Source: Bacteriovoracaceae bacterium
Lineage (GTDB): Bacteria > Bdellovibrionota > Bacteriovoracia > Bacteriovoracales > Bacteriovoracaceae
Length of the DNA: 64,000 nucleotides
NCBI GenBank assembly: GCA_947377285.1
Contig: CANCFT010000013.1
Location: 8,571-72,570, forward strand
Reading direction: 5' to 3'
Positions 9,817-18,714 of the stretch are shown piece by piece. Both the position numbers and the translations under genes were made by a program. The notes below the pieces were generated by a model. It saw only the letters and a program-made list of their open reading frames with translations. It searched no databases and was not told where the DNA came from. Numbering within the stretch: the first letter of the stretch is position 1; every line of letters begins with the position of its first letter.

Positions 9817-9974
9817 CTCTCATCCTTCTCTCTATTTTATCCCTGACTCCTATTGTCTGATACTTTTGACCAAACAATTCGCTGCATGCTTAAAATGCCT
9901 TTCTTCATAGAGTCTTATCGAAGTGATCAATTAATAGGCAAAAAGTTAAGGGCAGAAAAAGTGACTCTTTTTAT

Positions 9975-9990
9975 TGGCATTAGCTATGCT
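9975..9990 (+). promoter_or_regulatory. sigma-54-like -24/-12 element (TGGCAT-N5-ATGCT)
   Basis: TTGGCATTAGCTATGCT has the GG and GC dinucleotides 12 nt apart, ending 12 nt before the ATG at 10002. There are two mismatches to TGGCAC-N5-TTGCW. No enhancer-binding protein gene is visible. Confidence 0.2.
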
Positions 9991-10001
9991 AAAATTAATG
10001 A

Positions 10002-10940
10002 ATGAGTAAATTCAAGGCATTCTCAAAATTAGCACTTTTAATCGGGTATCTTTTAGGAAATTCATTCAGCATTTATGCAGCTGAAAAACCTCATGAAGAA
10101 TTAATGATTGTCCAAACAGTCTCAAAAGACCGCCGCTCATTTGTGGTCGCCAAAGGAATGAGAGAAGGCATCTCAAAAGGCGAAGAAGTCATATTTTCAA
10201 ATGAAAATGTCAGTCTGTTGTGTAAGGCCCAAGAAGTGAATCGCAATTTCTCCTATTGGGTCCCAGTTGATAAACTAAGTAATGTTCCCTTTAATAAAGA
10301 TGATTTTATAAGTTATAATTCTCACGCTTATGGCAACGTAGCACTAGATATTTCTGGAGATCAAAAAAATCTCACTCCTGATGTTAACTATGAAATTATT
10401 TTTAAAAAATTTCGATCGAGCAATGGCATTACATTAAAGACCAGTTTTGATCAGGGCCTATCACAATCTTCTTCAGATGTAACTTCAGATAAAAACTCAA
10501 AAAGAACTGGTTTTACATTTGGGGCAGAATATAATTTTCGATTTATGCCTGAATTTGAAATGAGTGCTGGAATCAGATTTGATAGTGAAGTTTACCGAAT
10601 TATGAATCCAACGCTAGATATTCCAACTAATAGACAACTTTTAACAATAGCTACAACCTATCACTTCACATCCTATTCTAAAGATAAAAATAATTTTTAT
10701 CTGACCCTTGCAGCAGGATTCGGTCGATCGACAACAGAAGTAGACGGAGTCAAAAGTAATGGTACAGTAACACTGCTTCCAGAGGCCAGGTTAGGTTTTA
10801 TTATGCCATTTTCAAACACAACAGCTCTGGTGCTTGAAGGATCAATTGAATCCCTAAGTACTCACGAAACATTTGCAGACCTGTCTTCACAAGATACAAA
10901 TATTTTAGAATCCAAATTAACAATTGGTCTTAGATTTTAA
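10002..10940 (+). CDS. hypothetical outer-membrane beta-barrel protein with an N-terminal small beta domain
   Basis: Has a signal peptide (ALLIGYLLGNSFSIYA/AE). The C-terminal two thirds have an alternating beta pattern ending KLTIGLRF (terminal Phe). Confidence 0.6.
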   Translation: MSKFKAFSKLALLIGYLLGNSFSIYAAEKPHEELMIVQTVSKDRRSFVVAKGMREGISKGEEVIFSNENVSLLCKAQEVNRNFSYWVPVDKLSNVPFNKDDFISYNSHAYGNVALDISGDQKNLTPDVNYEIIFKKFRSSNGITLKTSFDQGLSQSSSDVTSDKNSKRTGFTFGAEYNFRFMPEFEMSAGIRFDSEVYRIMNPTLDIPTNRQLLTIATTYHFTSYSKDKNNFYLTLAAGFGRSTTEVDGVKSNGTVTLLPEARLGFIMPFSNTTALVLEGSIESLSTHETFADLSSQDTNILESKLTIGLRF

Positions 10941-10952
10941 AAAGATTTTTAG

Positions 10953-11891
10953 TTATTTATAAAGCCCAATTTCTTTTAATCTTTGGATCAAAAAATCTCC
11001 TGCCGTAATGGCCGGAGCAGAAGTGCCAACACCTGCACAAGATGGAATTGTTTGTAGAACTGCATTTGAGTGTGGATGAACAAAATACGGCATAGAGTAT
11101 CTGGCACTCGAATCCGTCGTAGGATTAATTACTCTATGAGTAGTTGAAGGCAGGACATTATTAGTAATTCTTGAAATCATATCCCCAGTATCAACTACAA
11201 TTTCCCCTGGTTTTGAATTCACATCAAGCCAAGATCCATCTCTCTCCAAAAGTTGTAGTCCAGAATGAGTTGCACCAACAAGTAGAGTAATTAAATTAAT
11301 ATCCTCATGTGCAGCTGCACGGATTGAATTTTGTGTATCTTCACCTTTAGTCGGAGGATAGTGAATCATCCTAATAATTGAATTCCCATCCGCAATCATG
11401 TCCTTAAAATAATGAGCAGGTATATCTAATCCAGCTCCTATTGTTTCCAATAAAATTTCTGAAGTCGTATCCATTGCTTCATAGAGCTCAAGGAAAGTTT
11501 TTTTAAGCTCTGCCACTTCTGTTGGCCAGATGTTTTCAGGATAATTTCCTTTGTAAGGGCTCGTACTAAGTAATTCTCTTCCTACATGCCAAAACTCTTT
11601 GAGGTCTGGATTTTTATTATCTTTGGCGTGTTCAGTTTTAAAAGGAGTATATCCTCGCTGCCCACCATTATTAAGTTTGTATTTCATTTTTACGTCGAGG
11701 GGAAGTTCGAAAAAGTTTTGGACTAATTCATAGGCACGGTCAATTTTAGATTGTTCAACAGTGTGGTCTTTTAAAATAATAAATCCATAGTCTTTTAAAC
11801 CAGAAAATATATTATCGACAAATTTTTGTTTATCTAACGAGCTGCCATTGACGTAACTTAATAAGCTGAGTTCTGGAACTTTTCTCGACAT
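10953..11891 (-). CDS. 2-oxoglutarate/Fe(II)-dependent oxygenase (isopenicillin-N-synthase-like family)
   Basis: N-terminal DIOX_N-like block (FVDNIFSGLKDYGFIILKDH), HxD in AAHEDINLITLL, and a distal His/Arg in STTHRVINP...RYSMPYF. Confidence 0.8.
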   Translation of the reverse strand: MSRKVPELSLLSYVNGSSLDKQKFVDNIFSGLKDYGFIILKDHTVEQSKIDRAYELVQNFFELPLDVKMKYKLNNGGQRGYTPFKTEHAKDNKNPDLKEFWHVGRELLSTSPYKGNYPENIWPTEVAELKKTFLELYEAMDTTSEILLETIGAGLDIPAHYFKDMIADGNSIIRMIHYPPTKGEDTQNSIRAAAHEDINLITLLVGATHSGLQLLERDGSWLDVNSKPGEIVVDTGDMISRITNNVLPSTTHRVINPTTDSSARYSMPYFVHPHSNAVLQTIPSCAGVGTSAPAITAGDFLIQRLKEIGLYK

Positions 11892-12015
11892 GGGAATCCT
11901 CCATTAGAAATACTTAAAAACCTAATATAACAAAACTTATTATAATTGCTACATAGAATCAATTGAAGACATCTATCTAAAAATAAGATAAAGGAATTCG
12001 ATAACTAACGCTATT

Positions 12016-12714
12016 TTAATGATTTTGAGATTTAAAAATGGCCGAACCAACACGAATATAATCAGATCCTGCCAAAAGTGCGAGTTTGTAATCCTGACTC
12101 ATTCCCATAGAAAGCTTGAGTGAATTTTTTAAGTGATAAGACTCCTCTAGTGAGCGAGCAATTGCATTGAGATCTCTAAAACAGCGTGTCGCTTCAGCTT
12201 CAAAATCATTCGTACGAATTGTTCCCATTGTCATGAGTCCTTCGAATTTGAACTTCGATTTTCCGCGCCCTAAAAGTAAATCAATGGCCCTTTTTAGTTC
12301 ATCTGAATTTTCAAAGCCACTTTTTTCAATTTCATGTGAAGTATTGACTTGAAAAAATATTTTCAATTCTGGGCCTGTAAAATCATTTTCTCTTTTTAAC
12401 ATTTCTTCTAGTAAACTCAAAGAATCAACAGAATGAATGGCAAAAAGTTTTGGAATTTTTAAAAGCTCTCTGACTTTATTCGTTTGGAGATGCCCAATAA
12501 AATGCCATCGAACACGATCCAATTTTTCATTGAAAAATGCTTCCGCTTTTTCTTTGAGATCCTGTACTCGATTTTCTCCAAAATCATAATGTTTGGCAAC
12601 GTATGCCTCTTTTACATCTTCGACGGGAGAATATTTTGTAACAGCAATCAATTGAGATTTCTTAATTTCTTTTTTTATAGCTGCAAGATTTTTAGCAATA
12701 TCAATTTTTTTCAT
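12016..12714 (-). CDS. yggS: YggS-family pyridoxal-phosphate homeostasis protein
   Basis: Motifs LIAVTKYSPVEDV, DFGENRVQDL, WHFIGHLQTNKVR, SMGMSQDY and IRVGSAIF. Confidence 0.85.
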   Translation of the reverse strand: MKKIDIAKNLAAIKKEIKKSQLIAVTKYSPVEDVKEAYVAKHYDFGENRVQDLKEKAEAFFNEKLDRVRWHFIGHLQTNKVRELLKIPKLFAIHSVDSLSLLEEMLKRENDFTGPELKIFFQVNTSHEIEKSGFENSDELKRAIDLLLGRGKSKFKFEGLMTMGTIRTNDFEAEATRCFRDLNAIARSLEESYHLKNSLKLSMGMSQDYKLALLAGSDYIRVGSAIFKSQNH

Positions 12715-12716
12715 TG

Positions 12717-13046
12717 TTAATTTTTAGTTTCTGCTTTCTTTTTAAATTTAAACTTTGCTTCAACTTCTACATCATAATGGTCAAGAATTTCCGAAACTAT
12801 TTTAGTGGCATCTAATTTAGAGAAATAACTTTTCACTTCTTCTCTTATACCATTTGTAAAATCCTCTTTGGCACCCTTCGCATTTTGCACAAGCCCAGAA
12901 ATAATATCTTTAGGAAGTGGTAAATCTTCAAGAATTTTTTTTACTGATTCTTCAGTCATAAAGGCTGCACCCACACCAACGGAAACAACTTTTTTTATAA
13001 TATCTCCAATAGGAGAATCTTTTTTTTCATTAGATTTATTAACCAT
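12717..13046 (-). CDS. hypothetical helical protein
   Basis: 109-aa ORF that ends 2 nt before the yggS start and is co-directional with glpX. No family recognised. Confidence 0.5.
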   Translation of the reverse strand: MVNKSNEKKDSPIGDIIKKVVSVGVGAAFMTEESVKKILEDLPLPKDIISGLVQNAKGAKEDFTNGIREEVKSYFSKLDATKIVSEILDHYDVEVEAKFKFKKKAETKN

Positions 13047-13073
13047 TAACCAACTCCCTTTTCATTTTTTAAA

Positions 13074-13499
13074 TTATTTCGACTTTGCCCGTTTAAAAAA
13101 TGACTCCATCATGATTGGTAAATTTTTATTTGTTAATGCACTTAAAATAGAACTCGGAGCAAACATTTTAAAATCTAAGTCTAGTGAATAAGTCACTTCT
13201 GTTTTTCCATTGCCTAAATCTTTTAGTTTCCATTCACCATCATTTTTTTTAAATAAATCCCCAGACTCAAATGTCCAAGAGATGCGAGTTGGTTTTTCTT
13301 GCTTAATCGCAATGATATATTTAAAACTTTTGATCATATCAATAGAATATTCTACTTTCGCAGACGTATCATTTTGCGATAGAACCTTAATCCCGCTCAC
13401 ACCATCGACGAAATCAGGATATTTTCCATAATCGATCAATACATCATACAATTTATGAATTTCAACATCTACTACTTCTGTCCGTGAAGCATTTGCCAT
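13074..13499 (-). CDS. SRPBCC/START-fold protein (polyketide-cyclase/RatA-like)
   Basis: Pattern VVDVEIHKLYDVLIDYGKYPDFV...WTFESGDLFKKNDGEWKLKDLGNGKTEVTYSLDLDF. The start was moved to Met29 (ATG 13499) because the longer track ORF overlaps the glpX 3' end. Confidence 0.65.
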   Translation of the reverse strand: MANASRTEVVDVEIHKLYDVLIDYGKYPDFVDGVSGIKVLSQNDTSAKVEYSIDMIKSFKYIIAIKQEKPTRISWTFESGDLFKKNDGEWKLKDLGNGKTEVTYSLDLDFKMFAPSSILSALTNKNLPIMMESFFKRAKSK

Positions 13500-13560
13500 A
13501 CAAGAATCTCCCTTAAAAACTATTATAAATAGAAATACAAAAAATGTTTTTCGCAAATTC

Positions 13561-14526
13561 TTAGTATCGAGGCTTAGTATCAAAATGATGTTCAGCTTCG
13601 ATATGTCTTACTGTCCCAGAAGAAGATCTCATGACAATAGAATGAGTTGTTGCCCCCCAAGATTTAAACTGGACTCCTCTAAGAAAGTTCCCAGTTGTTA
13701 CCCCTGTCGCACAAAACATAACATTGCCTCGGGCCAGGTCATCAATCTTAAAAACTTTTTTAATATCGTTAACACCCATTTTTTTAGCGCGCTCAATTTC
13801 TTCTGCATTTCGTGGTTGAAGTATTCCTTGAAAATCCCCTCCCATACAACGAAGGGCAGCTGCTGAAATCACGCCTTCAGGCGCTCCACCAATTCCAAAA
13901 AGGATATCAACACCAGAATTAGGGTTACAACAAGCAATGGAAGCGGCCACATCACCATCACCAATTAATTGGATTCGGGCCCCAGCATCACGCACTTCTT
14001 GAATTAGTGTTTTATGTCTTTCGCGGTCTAAAATAACGGCCGTTAAATCGGCAATACGGCATTTTTTAGCATCGGCCAGGCGTCTAAGATTTTCTTTAGG
14101 TGATTCATTTATATCAATTAGGCCTCTGCCCTCAGGTCCACAGGCAATTTTCAACATATAGGTATCTGGTGCGTGTAAAAAATTTCCTTTTTCTGCAATG
14201 GCCATGACTGAAATAGAATTGTATCCACCTGTTGCACAAACAGTAGTTCCTTCAAGTGGATCTAAGGCTATTTCCAATTCTGGACCTCTGCCAGTTCCAA
14301 CTTTTTCACCAATATAAAGCATAGGTGCTTCATCACGTTCACCTTCACCAATCACGACAGTGGCATTGCATTCTACAGAATCAAGCATCGCTCTCATGGC
14401 ATCAACTGCTGCTTGGTCTGCTGCTTTTTCGTCCCCTCGTCCCATAAGACGAGCAGAAGCAATAGCTGCCATTTCAGTTACGCGGACAAATTCAAGTGCG
14501 AGGTTGCGATTCATCATAACTCCCAT
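13561..14526 (-). CDS. glpX: fructose-1,6-bisphosphatase class II
   Basis: Motifs LALEFVRVTEMAAIASARLMGRGDEKAADQAAVDAMR, DPLEGTT, GIGGAPEGV. The start may be Met5 (14514). Confidence 0.9.
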   Translation of the reverse strand: MGVMMNRNLALEFVRVTEMAAIASARLMGRGDEKAADQAAVDAMRAMLDSVECNATVVIGEGERDEAPMLYIGEKVGTGRGPELEIALDPLEGTTVCATGGYNSISVMAIAEKGNFLHAPDTYMLKIACGPEGRGLIDINESPKENLRRLADAKKCRIADLTAVILDRERHKTLIQEVRDAGARIQLIGDGDVAASIACCNPNSGVDILFGIGGAPEGVISAAALRCMGGDFQGILQPRNAEEIERAKKMGVNDIKKVFKIDDLARGNVMFCATGVTTGNFLRGVQFKSWGATTHSIVMRSSSGTVRHIEAEHHFDTKPRY

Positions 14527-14595
14527 TTAAAGACATTCTATAAAGACCTTGAGAACGTCTTTGATTATAAAAGGTAATTATGCGAGTGAAAAGAT

Positions 14596-15330
14596 TTATC
14601 CGCCTAGCTTGTAAACTAAAAAGTCTCGGGCCTCGAGTGGAAGATGTTCACTATTTATTTTTCTAACAACGCCTAATGCCATTTCAATTTTTTCATCGAC
14701 TGCAGATTCATCAATTTGAAAGACAAATTCATCTTCTTGAGACAGAGGTGTATCAAGGTCTCTTTGAGTCATTATTCTTCCTGTGCGAAGACCCACTCCT
14801 TCTTCCCACTCAATAAAATGCTCCATCATGAGAATTTGAAATCTAGATATTCCACTTGAAGTATGTTCCCAGACAAATATTTCCAATACACCATCGGCCT
14901 TAAGCCAGTATTTAAGATTATTCGGTAAATCAAGCGACATATCACTTTTATGTAAAGGTTTAATATGCGTAACAATATTATCGAAAGATAGAAAACTTCG
15001 CATTTTTTCTTCAAAGCTAATACTGGAATCAAAAGAAAAACCAATTCCACTTTCACGGATCCATTGGACAATTCCTTTGACCCGTACTGTTGAACCTCGC
15101 CATTGCAAAAATCCTTCAATCGTTTTGCCTTGGGTATAGTTATGACTCCCATCTCTAAATGATATTTGCATTCCTGACAAAGAAATGTCTTTAACTTCAA
15201 AGACCATTTTGGCATCAATCTCTTTGGGGTTATCTTCACGAAAAATCATAAAACCAAAGGGAAAACGTGGAAAAACTCTCTTTTCCATTTGCTGATAATC
15301 AGTTTTAATTAAACTTAAGTGACGATCCAT
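14596..15330 (-). CDS. PilZ-domain protein (c-di-GMP receptor candidate)
   Basis: The N-terminal PilZ signatures are intact: RVFPR (RxxxR) and DISLSG (DxSxxG). The C-terminal half is unknown. Confidence 0.75.
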   Translation of the reverse strand: MDRHLSLIKTDYQQMEKRVFPRFPFGFMIFREDNPKEIDAKMVFEVKDISLSGMQISFRDGSHNYTQGKTIEGFLQWRGSTVRVKGIVQWIRESGIGFSFDSSISFEEKMRSFLSFDNIVTHIKPLHKSDMSLDLPNNLKYWLKADGVLEIFVWEHTSSGISRFQILMMEHFIEWEEGVGLRTGRIMTQRDLDTPLSQEDEFVFQIDESAVDEKIEMALGVVRKINSEHLPLEARDFLVYKLGG

Positions 15331-15398
15331 GAATTCTCCTTCTCAAAAATATTCTTTAAAATACTTTTTTTTTAATGATATTTCTTTTTTAGACTCTC

Positions 15399-15425
15399 TT
15401 AGGTTAAAATAGAGTTGAATATAAT
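15399..15425 (+). promoter_or_regulatory. candidate sigma-70 promoter of the pgsA operon
   Basis: TTAGGT, a 15-nt spacer, then TATAAT (15420-15425), followed by the RBS AAGGA and ATG at 15441. Confidence 0.25.
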
Positions 15426-15440
15426 ATAAGAAGGAAAAAA

Positions 15441-16109
15441 ATGGATCATGATCAAAATCCGAAGCGTAATTTTCATCCAAATGAGTGGGATATTGATAAT
15501 CTTCCTAATAGATTGACTATGTTTCGGATTATTCTAATCCCGATAATTTTACTTTCTTTGTTTTTTAATCTTTCGGCCAATCCTTGGGTAATAAATCACA
15601 TAAAAGCGCTCAACTATATCGCTGCTTGGACTTTCGTAGCGGCTTCTATTACAGATTTTTTTGATGGATATATTGCTCGCAAAAAAAATATAGTTACTGT
15701 TTTTGGATCATTTCTCGATCCAATTGCTGACAAATTTTTAGTCATCTCTTCACTTATAATGCTTTTAGCTCTTGGAAGAGTTCATGTCTTAATAGTATTG
15801 ATTCTCGTTTTGCGCGAAATGTATATTACAGCTTTGCGATTACTGGCCATGGAAAAAGGATTGAGTGTTCCCGTAGGTACATTGGGAAAATGGAAAACAG
15901 CAACTCAAATGATTGGTGTCCCATTTTTAATGGCCAATGATAAACCATGGGGAATAGACATGCCCCTTCTTGGAACAGTTGCCATTTATCTCGCTTCTAT
16001 TTTTTCACTCTATTCAGCTTTAGAATACTCAATAGGGCTGATTAAAAAAATTCAAAAATTAAGAAAAGAAAATAAACAAAAAAAACGCGAAGCTAAAAAG
16101 GATAAATAA
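15441..16109 (+). CDS. pgsA: CDP-diacylglycerol--glycerol-3-phosphate 3-phosphatidyltransferase
   Basis: Carries the CDP-alcohol phosphatidyltransferase motif DFFDGYIARKKNIVTVFGSFLDPIADK and has multiple TM segments. Confidence 0.9.
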   Translation: MDHDQNPKRNFHPNEWDIDNLPNRLTMFRIILIPIILLSLFFNLSANPWVINHIKALNYIAAWTFVAASITDFFDGYIARKKNIVTVFGSFLDPIADKFLVISSLIMLLALGRVHVLIVLILVLREMYITALRLLAMEKGLSVPVGTLGKWKTATQMIGVPFLMANDKPWGIDMPLLGTVAIYLASIFSLYSALEYSIGLIKKIQKLRKENKQKKREAKKDK

Positions 16110-16111
16110 AA

Positions 16112-17311
16112 GTGAATAGTTTGAATGGAAAAATTATTTTAGTGACAGTTTCAGGTCCCGATTGCCCAGGGATAACTGCAAGGTTAATGAAAATTATTAG
16201 CGAATACAATGTCGATGTCCTAGATATGGGTCAAGCTGTTACTCACGGACTTCTCTCCTTGAGTATCGTCTTAGGATTAAATTCAGACGAAAAAAGCACT
16301 AATGGAAATGTTTTAAAAGATTTACTATTTGAAGCTAATCTTATGGGATTAACTCTTGGCTATAAGGTAGTAGAACAAAATATTCATACTCCAGAAATGG
16401 AAGGTGATAAATTTATCGTTACTTGTGTTTCTCCAACAACTGTCACTGCTAGTTTTGTGGCAGATCTCGCCCAAATACTGGCCACATTTAAAATTAATAT
16501 TGAACGCATTGATAAAGTTTCTCCACGTGACTTTTCTTCTATGGAAATTTCTACTTCTATTCCCAAAGATTTAGAAACTAAAAAATTAAAAGAAGATTTA
16601 ATGAAAGCTTCTACAAAGCATAAAATTGACGTAGCCTTTTTAAAAGACAATGTTTTTAGACGAAACAAACGATTAATCGTTTTTGATATGGATTCAACTC
16701 TTATTCAAACTGAAGTTATCGATGAATTAGCTGACCTCTGCGGTGTGGGCGAAGAAGTTCGACAAATTACTCATAGAGCAATGAATGGAGAAATTGATTT
16801 TGATGAATCGCTTCGCCTTAGGGTTTCAAAACTCAAAGGATTAGATACAGCACGCATGCAAGATGTCCTAGAAAAACTTCCACTGACTCAAGGAGTAGAA
16901 GAATTTATTAAAACGATTAAGACACTTGGATATAAAGTCGCATTGATCTCAGGTGGATTTACCTTCTTTGCTGATGCTTTGAAGATAAAATTGGGACTTG
17001 ATTATTCTTTTGCAAACGAATTAGAAATTCAAGATGGCAAACTAACTGGACATGTGACCGGAACAATCGTTAATGCCAATCAAAAAGCCATTTTAGTTAA
17101 ACTGATCGCTCAACAAGAAAATATCTCACTTGAACAAGTTGTGGCCATTGGTGATGGAGCAAACGATCTTCCAATGCTTGCCACGGCCGGATTGGGAATT
17201 GCCTTTCATGCAAAAGACGTTGTTCGCAAAAAAGCTCAGCAACACTTAAGCCATGGTCCCATGACTTCAATTCTTTATTTCTTGGGAATTCCAGGTCCAA
17301 CTAAAAATTAG
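16112..17311 (+). CDS. serB: phosphoserine phosphatase with N-terminal ACT-like domains
   Basis: HAD motifs LIVFDMDSTLI, ISGGF and GDGANDLPML. GTG start lies 2 nt after the pgsA stop. Confidence 0.85.
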   Translation: MNSLNGKIILVTVSGPDCPGITARLMKIISEYNVDVLDMGQAVTHGLLSLSIVLGLNSDEKSTNGNVLKDLLFEANLMGLTLGYKVVEQNIHTPEMEGDKFIVTCVSPTTVTASFVADLAQILATFKINIERIDKVSPRDFSSMEISTSIPKDLETKKLKEDLMKASTKHKIDVAFLKDNVFRRNKRLIVFDMDSTLIQTEVIDELADLCGVGEEVRQITHRAMNGEIDFDESLRLRVSKLKGLDTARMQDVLEKLPLTQGVEEFIKTIKTLGYKVALISGGFTFFADALKIKLGLDYSFANELEIQDGKLTGHVTGTIVNANQKAILVKLIAQQENISLEQVVAIGDGANDLPMLATAGLGIAFHAKDVVRKKAQQHLSHGPMTSILYFLGIPGPTKN

Positions 17312-17313
17312 GA

Positions 17314-17664
17314 ATGACAATGTTAAGAGAAGTACTTCAAAGTAAAATTCATAAAGCTACAATTACAGAAGCGGATATTTCATATATTGGGAGTATCACT
17401 ATCGACCAGGAATTGCTTGAACGCATTGACCTTTGGCCTGGTCAAAAAGTCATTGTCGTTAGCAATACAACAGGACACAGATTAGAGACTTATGTTATTT
17501 CAGGAACAAGAGGTTCTGGAATGATTTGTATGAACGGAGCTGCCGCACATTTAATAAAAAAGGGCGATGAAGTTATTATATTTAGCTACGCTTTAAGTGA
17601 CCGACAAATTCAAGCAAAGTGTATTTTAGTAGATGCACACAATAAATACATTCAGGATTTATAA
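17314..17664 (+). CDS. panD: aspartate 1-decarboxylase proenzyme
   Basis: Sequence MLREVLQSKIHKATITEADISYIGSITID contains the Gly-Ser self-cleavage site. Size is 116 aa. Confidence 0.9.
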   Translation: MTMLREVLQSKIHKATITEADISYIGSITIDQELLERIDLWPGQKVIVVSNTTGHRLETYVISGTRGSGMICMNGAAAHLIKKGDEVIIFSYALSDRQIQAKCILVDAHNKYIQDL

Positions 17665-17666
17665 AA

Positions 17667-18245
17667 ATGTGGTTTCATAAAAAGCTCATAATAAAACTTA
17701 ATTCTGAAGACACTCAATTTCCCATAGAAGTCTTAAATCAAACAGACATCACTGAGTTAGAAATAATCGGTGGAAATATTACATACTTCCCAGAAGATAT
17801 AAGTGTTTTAGTGAATCTTAAACACTTAAGCCTCATTTCAACTAAAATTTCTACTATTCCAAGAGAGCTTTTTGAATTGCCAAAGCTGACCTATTTAAAT
17901 TTGAAAAATAATCGCTTATCAAGACTTCCTTTGCTCACGCAAAAAACAAAATTAACCACACTTATATTAGGACGAAATTATCTTGCTTCGATAGAACATG
18001 CTCTACCCTTTTTACCAGATTTGATGACACTTGATATTGGTCATAATTTAATAGATTCAATACCAGAAAACTTTCAATATTTAAAAGATTTACAACGCCT
18101 CAATCTTGAACATAACCGAATAAAATATATTCCTTCATTTTTAAAAACAATGAATTCGATAAATCATCTATCCTTAAATCAAAATAAATTTTCAGCGGAA
18201 GAAAAAAGAAATATTGAAAGAGATTTTAAAATTTATTTAGATTAA
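17667..18245 (+). CDS. leucine-rich repeat protein
   Basis: About six tandem LxxLxLxxNxLxxLP-type repeats (e.g. LPKLTYLNLKNNRLSRLP, LKDLQRLNLEHNRIKYIP). No signal peptide. The start is 2 nt after the panD stop. Confidence 0.75.
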   Translation: MWFHKKLIIKLNSEDTQFPIEVLNQTDITELEIIGGNITYFPEDISVLVNLKHLSLISTKISTIPRELFELPKLTYLNLKNNRLSRLPLLTQKTKLTTLILGRNYLASIEHALPFLPDLMTLDIGHNLIDSIPENFQYLKDLQRLNLEHNRIKYIPSFLKTMNSINHLSLNQNKFSAEEKRNIERDFKIYLD

Positions 18246-18589
18246 ACTCTGATTCTTGCATTGGCCTTACGTAATCGTTCAGTCAAAGTATGCAATAGAG
18301 CTCCAAACCATTTTGGTAGAGAATGAATTGCAGCTTCAAATTTTTCAAGTGGAACAACGACTAAAACACTCTCGGACATGGCCCTCACAGAAGCAGAGCG
18401 AGGGTTCCTATCTAAAAAAGACATCTCACCAACCAATTCACCAGCAATTATAGTTCCGATTTGATGTTCGACGTCCCCTTTTCTTTTATAAATGGCCAAC
18501 GTTCCAGATTGTAAATAATACATTTCGGTGCTTTCTTCACCTTCTCGCATTAAGTACTCATTGGGAGATAAAGTAATTGTTTCTTTCAT
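18242..18589 (-). CDS. stand-alone cyclic-nucleotide-binding domain protein
   Basis: CAP_ED pattern: YLMREGEESTEMYYLQSGTL, GELVGEMSFLD, PRSASVRA. Confidence 0.75.
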   Translation of the reverse strand: MKETITLSPNEYLMREGEESTEMYYLQSGTLAIYKRKGDVEHQIGTIIAGELVGEMSFLDRNPRSASVRAMSESVLVVVPLEKFEAAIHSLPKWFGALLHTLTERLRKANARIRV

Positions 18590-18644
18590 TGTTAATTTTC
18601 CAGAATAAATTTTTAATCTCTTTAAATAATATTCATCATATCAC

Positions 18645-18695
18645 AAGCGAGAGTGACTTCAAGAGGCTTCAAGTTATTTCAAGTCACTCTCGCTT
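18645..18695. repeat. 15-bp perfect inverted repeat (strong hairpin, no U-tract)
   Basis: AAGCGAGAGTGACTT (18645-18659) is the exact reverse complement of AAGTCACTCTCGCTT (18681-18695). The 21-nt loop contains TTCAAG repeats. It lies in the intergenic space between the clpB-like gene and the cNMP-binding gene. Confidence 0.6.
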
Positions 18696-18714
18696 AATAA
18701 AAAATTTAAAACAA

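Noticed and set aside
12167-13431. Plus-strand ORFs 12167-12352, 12484-12720, 12868-13191 and 13210-13431.
   Set aside because: They are antisense to the yggS, helical-protein and SRPBCC genes, which have recognisable motifs or operon logic.
13500-13583. N-terminal 28-codon extension of the SRPBCC ORF.
   Set aside because: It overlaps the glpX 3' end and adds a hydrophobic, non-conserved-looking segment. Met29 directly precedes the START-fold region.
14826-15239. 137-aa ORF on the same strand as the PilZ gene but in another frame.
   Set aside because: It is fully nested in the 244-aa ORF that carries intact RxxxR/DxSxxG PilZ motifs. Its product is low-complexity and it has no independent start signals.
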